Assembly (NCBI GenBank): GCA_035510055.1
Contig: DATKHV010000099.1
Location: 29,826-93,825, forward strand
Direction: 5' to 3'
DNA: 64,000 bases
Source of the DNA: Candidatus Cybelea sp.
GTDB taxonomy: Bacteria > Acidobacteriota > Terriglobia > Acidiferrales > UBA7541
The notes under the pieces are model-generated. The model was not told the origin of the DNA. It searched no databases and worked only from the letters and a program-made list of their open reading frames with translations. Positions 17,667-25,286 of the stretch are shown piece by piece. The stretch's first letter is position 1; every line of letters begins with the position of its first letter. A program made the position numbers and the translations under genes.

Positions 17667-19418
17667 TTGCCCGGCGCCTTTCGCGCGAGACGGGGCGCCG
17701 TGATCTTCGACGACCTTCGGGCCATTCAGCTTCGCTACGGCTTCCTGCCCAAAGCGGAACTCCAAGGGCTTTCACAACGCACCCAGACCCCGCTCTATCA
17801 AATCCACGGCGTGGCAAGTTTCTATCCACATTTTCATCTCGTGCCACCGTCCAAGGTGGAGATTCGCGTTTGCGCCGATATGAGCTGCCATCTGAACGGC
17901 GCTTGTGAATTGCGTGCCGATCTTGAACGACGATTTGCGAGTGCTCAGCCGGATGATGTGCAGATTCGTGATGTCTCTTGCCTCGGCCGTTGCGATCACG
18001 CTCCGGCGATTTCCATCAACGACCAGATCTTCACGGACGTGACCGCGGTGCATGCCGAGCAGCTCGCGCGCAGCGCCATGCGCGGAGATGACATTCACGA
18101 GCCACATCCCGCGCAGGCACGCATCGTTTGCAAAGCTGATCCCTATGGGGAAGATGAAAAGTACGGCGTGGTGCGCAAGCTGGTTCAATCCAAAAATTGG
18201 GGCGGCGTTCTCGCACAACTCAAAGCCGCTGAACTGAAAGGCCTGGGCGGCGCGGGATTTCCCACGAGCGTGAAGTGGGAGCTCGTCCGCAAACAGCCCG
18301 ATCCGGTGAAATACATCGTGTGCAACGCCGACGAAAGCGAGCCGGGGACCATCAAGGACCGCTTCATCCTGACCAATTTGCCGCACTTGGTGGTCGAAGG
18401 GATGATCATCGCGGGCCTGGTTACGGGGGCGAAACGCGGCATCCTCTATATCCGGCACGAATATCATCTTCAAGAAGAGATTCTTGGCGAAGAGATTCGG
18501 CGGTGTTATCGCTCGGGGCTTCTTGGAAAAAAAATCCTCGGCAGCGATTTCGACTGCGACCTGGAAGTTTTTGTGAGTCCAGGCGGCTACATCTGCGGAG
18601 AAGAAAGCGCGCTGATCGAAGCCCTTGAAGGACATCGCGCGGAGCCGAGGAATAAGCCGCCTTTCCCCGGGCAAATCGGGCTGTGGCAAAAGCCTACGGT
18701 CATTAACAACGTGGAGACGTTTATTAACGTTCCGCAAATTCTCGCTCGCGGGAGCGAATGGTTTGTGGCCCAAGGCACCGGCGGCTCGCACGGATTGAAA
18801 TTCGTGGGGGTGAGCGGGCAGGTTGAACGGCCGGGCATTTTCGAAGTCGCCATGGGCGTGCCCGTGCGTGAGGTCATTTTCGATCACGCGGGCGGGGTTC
18901 GTGGAGGCCGTCAACTGAAAGCTTTTGCGCCCTCCGGGCCATCGTCCGGCTATCTTCCCGCTTCGATGGTCGATGTGCGTTTGGATTTCAAGGCGCTGGC
19001 CGAAGCTGGCTCGATGCTGGGCTCCGGCGCCATTGTCGTCTGCGATGACACCACTTGCATGCTGGACATGGCACTGAACGCGGTGCGCTTCTACCGCAAC
19101 GAATCCTGCGGAAAATGTGTACCGTGCAGGGTTGGGTCACAAAAAGTGGCGGACCTGCTGGCGCGCTGGACGCAAGGCGGCTTGAGCGAATCGCAATATC
19201 GTGCCGATCTCGGGCTGCTTGACGAACTTTCGCAAGCCCTGAGCCTCACTTCCATTTGCGGCCTCGGCCAGATCCTGCCTGCGCCGATTCAGTCGGTGCT
19301 GAAGCATTTTCGCACCGAAATCGATGCGCACGTTTTAAAGGGCCAGTGTCCCAGCGGCATTTGCTTTACCGCGGCATCGCGCGCCGGGGAAGCCCAGCGA
19401 GTTGGGATTCGCCCCTAG
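17667..19418 (+). CDS. Fused NuoE-like [2Fe-2S] / NuoF-like FMN- and NADH-binding subunit (diaphorase-type, HoxF/FdsB-like)
   Basis: 583-aa ORF with a TTG start in the track. An in-frame GTG at 17700 is an alternative start. The NuoE-type cysteines are CADMSCHLNG ... CLGRCDHAP. The NuoF FMN/NADH region is GLGGAGFPTSVKWE, and the N3 cluster motif is ESCGKCVPCRVG. Confidence 0.9.
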   Translation: MPGAFRARRGAVIFDDLRAIQLRYGFLPKAELQGLSQRTQTPLYQIHGVASFYPHFHLVPPSKVEIRVCADMSCHLNGACELRADLERRFASAQPDDVQIRDVSCLGRCDHAPAISINDQIFTDVTAVHAEQLARSAMRGDDIHEPHPAQARIVCKADPYGEDEKYGVVRKLVQSKNWGGVLAQLKAAELKGLGGAGFPTSVKWELVRKQPDPVKYIVCNADESEPGTIKDRFILTNLPHLVVEGMIIAGLVTGAKRGILYIRHEYHLQEEILGEEIRRCYRSGLLGKKILGSDFDCDLEVFVSPGGYICGEESALIEALEGHRAEPRNKPPFPGQIGLWQKPTVINNVETFINVPQILARGSEWFVAQGTGGSHGLKFVGVSGQVERPGIFEVAMGVPVREVIFDHAGGVRGGRQLKAFAPSGPSSGYLPASMVDVRLDFKALAEAGSMLGSGAIVVCDDTTCMLDMALNAVRFYRNESCGKCVPCRVGSQKVADLLARWTQGGLSESQYRADLGLLDELSQALSLTSICGLGQILPAPIQSVLKHFRTEIDAHVLKGQCPSGICFTAASRAGEAQRVGIRP

Positions 19419-19419
19419 T

Positions 19420-21591
19420 ATGACGACTGCCGGCACACCTGCGGGGTTCGTGGACATCACACTGGACGGAAAACCCGTGCGAGTGCCGGCGGGGACGAGC
19501 GTGTTTGACGCCGCGCGCATGAATGGGATCAACATTCCTACGCTTTGCCACCTGCAGAGCCAGACGCCCGTGGGCGTCTGCCGCTTGTGTGTTGTGGACA
19601 CCGGGGCGCGCGTTTTGTCTGCATCCTGCGTCCGCCCGGTCGAGCCGGGCATGAAAGTCGTCAGCAATTCAGAAAAAGTACTGGCAGCGCGCAAAACCTT
19701 GCTGGAACTGATGATGAGCGATCATCCTTCCCCTTGCGCGCGCCAGCAGAATTCCGGCGACTGCGAATTGGAGACACTCGCAAAGGCGGCGGGCGCTTTG
19801 CCGCCACGCTTTAGAAAACACACCGTCGCGCGCGGTAAAGATGATTCTTCCCTGGCTATCGCCGTGGATCACGACGCTTGCATTCTCTGTGACAGGTGCA
19901 TCCGCGGCTGCGATGAGATCAAAGACAATTTCGTCCTCGGCCGCATGGGCAAAGGTTATTCCGCGGGGATTGCGTTCGATCTCAATTCGCCGATGGGCGA
20001 TTCCACTTGCATCTCGTGCGGGGAGTGCATGGTTTCTTGTCCGACGGGCGCACTCACCAACAAGAGTGTCGTCGGCACGGCGATTGCGTCGGGTCCGGAC
20101 GCGCAAGGATTAGAAGCCGAGGATCTTTTGCAGATTCCCGTTTTCAAGGGGGTATCCGGGACATTTCTCGCGCTGAATCGCGGGGCGATCGTCAAACGGC
20201 GGTTCAGCAAAGGCGAAATCATCTGCCGCGAAGGACAATTCGGTTCGACAGCGTTCTACATTGTCGAAGGCCGGGCCAAGGTTTCGATTTCCACTCCGAT
20301 CGCGCACGTCAAGACGCAGGGCGGCGCAAAAGGATTTTTCAAGCGGCTGACCAGCACACTCGTCGCGCGAGAAGAAGATAGGCGCGAAGAGGAAGCGCGC
20401 GACAGGACGATTCCGATCGATGCACCGGTGGATCTTGCTTACGGCAACCCTGTCGCTGAACTTGAACCGGGCGACCTCTTCGGCGAAATGACTTGCATGA
20501 ATTTTTATCCGCGTTCGGCGACGGTCATCGCCGGCTCGGAGGTTGTGGCGTTTGAGATGCTGCGCAATGTTCTCGACATCATGTTGAAGAACAAGACTTT
20601 CAGAGCGCAACTGGACCAGACTTATCGCCGCCGGGCTCTCGAGAATCACCTTCGCGGCGTGCCTATGTTCGCGGATCTTTCGCAGGAATTCATCGCGCAC
20701 CTGAAGGAAAGCGTGGAGTTGCAGCGCTTCGGGCCCGGCCAGGTGATCGTTCAGCAGGGCGCGGTGGCGGACAGTTTCTATCTGGTGCGAATCGGTTTCG
20801 TGAAAGTTTCGGAAAATTATCCAGGTGGCGAACTGGTGCTGGCCTATCTTTCGCGCGGCGATTATTTCGGGGAAATAGGGCTTCTCGGCGGCGGTGTTCG
20901 CACGGCGACGTGCACGGCTCTCGATCACGTTGAGCTCGTGCGAATCTCCGGCGAGGATTTCCGCGACATGGTTGCGCGGTTTCCCAGCGTGAGAAGCGGC
21001 CTGGAAGCCGCGGCCGCCGAGCGGCGCGCCGCAAACCAGCAGCGCTTGCAGATGCTACACGACGTTCCCATCGATCAATTTCTCTCGCAAGGATTGATGG
21101 AAGCGCAGAGTCTGCTGATTCTGGATTTGCAGAATTGCACGCGTTGTGACGCTTGCGTGAATGCTTGCGCCGACGCGCACGAAGGGGTCACGCGCTTGGT
21201 GCGCGATGGATTGCGCTTCGATCAATATCTGGTGGCCACCAGTTGCCGGCAGTGCCGCGATCCGCTGTGCATGGTGGGCTGCCCGGTCGGCGCGATCCGC
21301 AGGAGAAACTCGCTGGAAGTCATCATTGAGGATTGGTGCATTGGCTGCGGGCTTTGCGCGCAAAATTGTCCTTACGGCAATATCAATTTGCATCCGTTTG
21401 AAGTGCTGGTGGACGATCCCGACCGCGTTGGACGAAAAAAAGCTGTCATTAAGCAAAAGGCGACCTCTTGCGATCTTTGCACGCACTTGCAAGAGCCGAG
21501 CTGCGTTTACGCTTGCCCGCACGACGCCGCGCATCGTGTTGACCCACGCACATTTTTCGCCGCCATGCTGGAACGGGCCCCATCGAAATGA
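19420..21591 (+). CDS. Fe-S protein: NuoG/HoxU-like N-terminus + two cyclic-nucleotide-binding domains + DmsB/NrfC-like 4Fe-4S ferredoxin domain
   Basis: ATG at 19420, one nt after the upstream stop. N-terminal 2Fe-2S motif CHLQSQTPVGVCRLCVV, then HPSPCARQQNSGDCELE, CILCDRCIRGC and CISCGECMVSCP. Two cNMP-binding-like domains follow (GEIICREGQFGSTAFYIVEGRAKV...GDLFGEM, and GQVIVQQGAVADSFYLVRIGFVKV...GDYFGEIGLL...RTATCTA). C-terminal clusters are CTRCDACVNAC, CRQCRDPLCMVGCP, CIGCGLCAQNCP and CDLCTH...CVYACP. Confidence 0.85.
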   Translation: MTTAGTPAGFVDITLDGKPVRVPAGTSVFDAARMNGINIPTLCHLQSQTPVGVCRLCVVDTGARVLSASCVRPVEPGMKVVSNSEKVLAARKTLLELMMSDHPSPCARQQNSGDCELETLAKAAGALPPRFRKHTVARGKDDSSLAIAVDHDACILCDRCIRGCDEIKDNFVLGRMGKGYSAGIAFDLNSPMGDSTCISCGECMVSCPTGALTNKSVVGTAIASGPDAQGLEAEDLLQIPVFKGVSGTFLALNRGAIVKRRFSKGEIICREGQFGSTAFYIVEGRAKVSISTPIAHVKTQGGAKGFFKRLTSTLVAREEDRREEEARDRTIPIDAPVDLAYGNPVAELEPGDLFGEMTCMNFYPRSATVIAGSEVVAFEMLRNVLDIMLKNKTFRAQLDQTYRRRALENHLRGVPMFADLSQEFIAHLKESVELQRFGPGQVIVQQGAVADSFYLVRIGFVKVSENYPGGELVLAYLSRGDYFGEIGLLGGGVRTATCTALDHVELVRISGEDFRDMVARFPSVRSGLEAAAAERRAANQQRLQMLHDVPIDQFLSQGLMEAQSLLILDLQNCTRCDACVNACADAHEGVTRLVRDGLRFDQYLVATSCRQCRDPLCMVGCPVGAIRRRNSLEVIIEDWCIGCGLCAQNCPYGNINLHPFEVLVDDPDRVGRKKAVIKQKATSCDLCTHLQEPSCVYACPHDAAHRVDPRTFFAAMLERAPSK

Positions 21592-22568
21592 GAATGGACA
21601 AAACGCAACTCCGCTGGGCTTGCGCTTCGCTTGGAATCTTGACGATTTGTGGCGTCGTGTACGGTGCTTACGCGCTCGAATCTCCGCTGGGTCCGCTTGG
21701 CGGCAGTACTATCGGAGTCGCTTTCGGCATCATGGGCTTCGGCTTCATGTTATTTGCGGCGCTTTTGGGCGCGCGGAAACGCGTTCCTACGTGGCGCGTG
21801 GGACGCGCGCAAGCGTGGATGCGTGGGCACCTGTGGCTCGGCTTTCTGGCCCTGCCGATGATTCTTTTTCACGGCGGATTTCATTTCGGGGGGACGCTTA
21901 CGAGCGTCTTGATGTGGCTGCTGATGATTACGGTGTTCAGCGGCGTATTTGGCGCGGTGCTGCAACATTACATTCCGCGCCTGATGACCGTGGACGTGCC
22001 GCTCGAAACGATTTACGACGAGATCGGTCGCGTCCGAACGCTGCTACGCGAGGAAGCCGATCGCGCGATGGAATCACTCTGCGGGAATTTGGGGCTGTCG
22101 AAACATTCGAACGAAGAAGGCCTTCGAGCGGGTGGGTTCACGGCGTTGCGGACAATCGCCGCTTCAGCGGTTCCGCTGCGCACTTCTGGGGCGGTTAGCG
22201 CGGGCGCGAGTGCGGGTGTTGCTGCGGCTGCCGAAATTAGTTTGCTGAGTGAAGAAGTGAGTGCGCGGCTCGGACGGTTTTACTTGAAGGAGATGCGTCC
22301 GTTTCTGGAGCAGCCGGGAAAACGCGGCCAGCGTCTGGGCGATAACGGGAAAGCGGGCAGCGCGTTCGCGGGGCTGCGCACACTATTGCCTGCCGCAGCG
22401 CACGCTACGCTTTTTGACCTTGAAGACATTTGTGACGAAGCGCGGCAGCTGGCACGTCAGGAACGTTTGCAGCACTGGCTGCATGGGTGGCTGCTGCTGC
22501 ACATCCCGCTTTCGCTGACATTGGTTTTGCTTGGCGCTGTACACGCGGTGATGGCTCTACACTATTAA
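21588..22568 (+). CDS. Integral membrane protein with conserved-looking His in TM helices (possible b-type heme membrane anchor)
   Basis: 326-aa ORF whose start overlaps the upstream stop (ATGA). It has four N-terminal hydrophobic helices, about 170 aa of soluble insert and one C-terminal helix. His residues lie in or next to the helices (RGHLWLGFLALPMILFHGGFHFGG, LQHYIP, HWLHGWLLLHIPLSL...GAVHAVMALHY). No family recognised. Confidence 0.6.
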   Translation: MRMDKTQLRWACASLGILTICGVVYGAYALESPLGPLGGSTIGVAFGIMGFGFMLFAALLGARKRVPTWRVGRAQAWMRGHLWLGFLALPMILFHGGFHFGGTLTSVLMWLLMITVFSGVFGAVLQHYIPRLMTVDVPLETIYDEIGRVRTLLREEADRAMESLCGNLGLSKHSNEEGLRAGGFTALRTIAASAVPLRTSGAVSAGASAGVAAAAEISLLSEEVSARLGRFYLKEMRPFLEQPGKRGQRLGDNGKAGSAFAGLRTLLPAAAHATLFDLEDICDEARQLARQERLQHWLHGWLLLHIPLSLTLVLLGAVHAVMALHY

Positions 22569-22582
22569 CACGAGAAAAAAAC

Positions 22583-24040
22583 GTGGCTCGCACCCGCACG
22601 ACTAAAAAACTGGCCCAGCGCATCGACCTCAACTATTTTAAGAAGCCGACGCCGCTGAAGCGCGCGAAATTCTGGCTTAGTCTCGTGCTGCCTTTGCTCG
22701 CAGTGATTTGGATTTCCTGGCGCAGCGTTTCTGATGATCCTCGCGTTTATTCAAGCGGCCGCATGAGCAAAGCACATGCGGTGCTGGAAAAGGATTGTGG
22801 TGCTTGCCACTTGCGAACCGCTGGAGCATTTTCCGCGAAAGCGGGCGACGCCGCTTGCCTCGACTGTCACGACGGCCCCCTTCATCATGCGGAACAGGCT
22901 TATGCCCCGAACTGCACGACTTGCCACATGGAACATCGTGGAAGAATCAGTTTAGTGGCCACAAGCAACGAAAGCTGCGGGCAGTGTCATGCGCGGCCGG
23001 TCACAAGATCCGGTAACAAGGCGCTCTGGGACCGCTTTGATAGTTTCGAACACGGCCACCCGGAGTTCACCCCCTTGCGAACCGTTGCAGGCATCGCGCC
23101 GAGCGATCCCGGCACGATCAAACTGAATCATGCCATCCATATGAAGCCCATTCGACGTCGGCCGAATGGGCCCAACGTTCAGCTCGAGTGTGGCAACTGC
23201 CACCGTCCGACATCTGCGGCCATGGACATGACCTACTCGGATGCGAAGTACCGCGCTGCAGCCGTCAGCTACAAAGATAGCGACGAGTATTTAGCTGGGC
23301 ACGCCGAAAGTCTGAAGCCTCCGCGTTCAGAAACCGGGCGCGAGTGGATGGCACCCGTGAAATTCGCGAATGCTTGCGCTGGCTGCCATTTGCTGACGTT
23401 TGACAAGCGCTTCGACTTTGGCGTTCCGCACGACAAGCCGGAGGTTATACGCGAATTTCTGGCGAGAACATTTCGTGAATACATTTCCGCGCACGCCAGC
23501 GAATTGCGCGTTCCGCGCGAGCCGAGCCGCGACCTTACGGGTAAGCCGGTGCCCCCGGAAGTTCGCACACTTACTCCCCCACAATGGGTGATGGAGCGTA
23601 CGGTGGAGGCAGAAGATCTGCTCTGGCGAAAAACCTGCAAGCAGTGTCACACCCTGATATCTCCCGCAAAAAGCCGGCGCGGAAAAACCGAACTATTGAG
23701 TGCCGGGGCGAGCGACGCGGACAAGCTCCCCGGCACCTCGGCTGGATTGCCAAACGTTGCGCAAGCGAACACCACATTGCGTTGGATGCCGCATGCGAAA
23801 TTTGATCACGGGGCGCATGAAGGATTTACTTGCGTGAGTTGTCACGCCCAAGCGCTGACCAGCACGGAGTCGAGCGACATCTTGCTGCCGGGGATGGCGA
23901 CTTGCAAAACGTGCCATGCGCCGGGGCCGGAGCATGCAGAGTCGCGCTGCTTCGAGTGCCATACGTATCACGATTGGTCGAGGCGGAAGGAAGTCACGCC
24001 AAAATTTACGTTGCCAGGACTTGCCACCGGCGGCCGCTGA
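22583..24040 (+). CDS. Membrane-anchored decaheme cytochrome c
   Basis: The track ORF starts at 22487, inside the previous gene. The GTG at 22583 (VARTRTTKKLAQ...) is preferred, 15 nt after the upstream stop. One N-terminal TM helix (FWLSLVLPLLAVIWISW). Ten CxxCH motifs: CGACH, CLDCH, CTTCH, CGQCH, CGNCH, CAGCH, CKQCH, CVSCH, CKTCH and CFECH. Confidence 0.85.
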   Translation: MARTRTTKKLAQRIDLNYFKKPTPLKRAKFWLSLVLPLLAVIWISWRSVSDDPRVYSSGRMSKAHAVLEKDCGACHLRTAGAFSAKAGDAACLDCHDGPLHHAEQAYAPNCTTCHMEHRGRISLVATSNESCGQCHARPVTRSGNKALWDRFDSFEHGHPEFTPLRTVAGIAPSDPGTIKLNHAIHMKPIRRRPNGPNVQLECGNCHRPTSAAMDMTYSDAKYRAAAVSYKDSDEYLAGHAESLKPPRSETGREWMAPVKFANACAGCHLLTFDKRFDFGVPHDKPEVIREFLARTFREYISAHASELRVPREPSRDLTGKPVPPEVRTLTPPQWVMERTVEAEDLLWRKTCKQCHTLISPAKSRRGKTELLSAGASDADKLPGTSAGLPNVAQANTTLRWMPHAKFDHGAHEGFTCVSCHAQALTSTESSDILLPGMATCKTCHAPGPEHAESRCFECHTYHDWSRRKEVTPKFTLPGLATGGR

Positions 24041-24063
24041 GGCTCACTTGTAATTTGCGGTTG

Positions 24064-24123
24064 CCCCTCTTTGCATGAAGTGGAAGCAAAGGGGGGCTCA
24101 TCTGGGGCGCAGCAAGGTGCGCC
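24064..24123. terminator. Two GC-rich hairpins between convergent genes (possible bidirectional terminator, no clear U-tract)
   Basis: cccctctttgc/gcaaagggggg (24064-24096) and ggcgca/tgcgcc (24106-24123), between the cytochrome (+) and aldo/keto reductase (-) stops. Confidence 0.35.
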
Positions 24124-24150
24124 GCTACAATAATTTCGATCAGCAATGCT

Positions 24151-25143
24151 TTATGCGTGCTGCACAAGCGCCATCATATCGGGTGCGTAGCGTTCGCCCA
24201 ACACCTGAATTTGTGCGAGGCGGGCGCTGATCTCTTGTAAGTCGCTTTCGGTGAGCTTCACGTTGAGCGCTCCCATGTTCTCCTCGAGATAGCCAACGCG
24301 CTTCGTGCCGGGGATGGGGACGAGGTCATGGCCCTGAGCGAGGACCCAAGCAAGAGCCAACTGTGCTGGTGTCGCGCCTTTCTTTTTGGCAAGCTCTTTT
24401 ACGGTCCCCACCAGTTTAAGGTTGGCTTGCAATGCTTTCTCCCCGAAACGCGGATTTGTCCGGCGCCAGTCGGTGGGATCAAGATCCTCGAGTTTTTGGA
24501 TCGCACCGGTTAAAAAGCCGCGCCCCAGCGGGCTGTAAGGCACAAAGGTAATCCCCAATTTGCGGCAAGTGGCCAGAACGCCATTCGTTTCCACGTCGCG
24601 AGACCACAGCGAATACTCGGTTTGCAGCGCTGCGATCGGATGAACCTTGGCGGCGCGCCGCAATGTTTCTGGTCCGGCTTCCGAAAGCCCGAGGGCGCGA
24701 ACTTTTCCGGCGGAAAGCAATCCGGCCATGGCCCCGACAGTCTCCTCAATCGGAACTTTCGGGTCGACGCGGTGCTGATAGAAGAGATCGATCGTATCGA
24801 TGCCCAACCGCTTCAAGCTGGCGTCACAAGCGCGCCGCACATTTTCAGGAGAACTGTCGACCCCTCTGGTCCCATCGGGCTTGCTACGAAAACCAAACTT
24901 GGTGGCGATAATCACGCTATCGCGGGGAACCTCGCGCAGAAAACGTCCAAGCAATTCTTCATTGGTATAGGGCCCGTAGATTTCGGCGGTATCCAGAAAA
25001 TTTCCACCGAGTTCCATATAACGGCGCAGAACGCGGAGCGATTCCGATTCATCGGCCGGTCCGTAGGCGAAGGACATGCCCATGCAGCCAAGTCCCAGTG
25101 CGGAAACGAGTGGACCATTCTTGCCAAGCTGACGCTGTTGCAT
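24151..25143 (-). CDS. Aldo/keto reductase (Tas/YghZ-like)
   Basis: 330-aa ORF. The N-terminus [24 protein letters not shown], then ...[12 protein letters not shown] ... [10 protein letters not shown] ... [13 protein letters not shown], match the AKR layout. Confidence 0.9.
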   Translation of the reverse strand: MQQRQLGKNGPLVSALGLGCMGMSFAYGPADESESLRVLRRYMELGGNFLDTAEIYGPYTNEELLGRFLREVPRDSVIIATKFGFRSKPDGTRGVDSSPENVRRACDASLKRLGIDTIDLFYQHRVDPKVPIEETVGAMAGLLSAGKVRALGLSEAGPETLRRAAKVHPIAALQTEYSLWSRDVETNGVLATCRKLGITFVPYSPLGRGFLTGAIQKLEDLDPTDWRRTNPRFGEKALQANLKLVGTVKELAKKKGATPAQLALAWVLAQGHDLVPIPGTKRVGYLEENMGALNVKLTESDLQEISARLAQIQVLGERYAPDMMALVQHA

Positions 25144-25286
25144 AAAATTCTCCTCGTTGAGATTTTACTAGGTTGGATGAGACATTCGCACTTTCGGGTA
25201 CAAATTATGCTACTAACAGGAGCCCACACCCTTCGCTACAATGAAAACGGGCGCGCGTAAAGTGCCGGCGCTCAAGTGACTCCTTG

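Noticed and set aside
17772-18914. 380-aa minus-strand ORF antisense to the NuoEF-like gene
   Set aside because: It is a shadow ORF opposite a gene with intact FMN/NADH and Fe-S motifs.
21161-22198. 345-aa + strand ORF overlapping the end of the Fe-S/cNMP gene and the membrane-protein gene
   Set aside because: It is in an alternative frame to two better-supported genes. The translation is Arg/Ala/Trp-rich and not protein-like.
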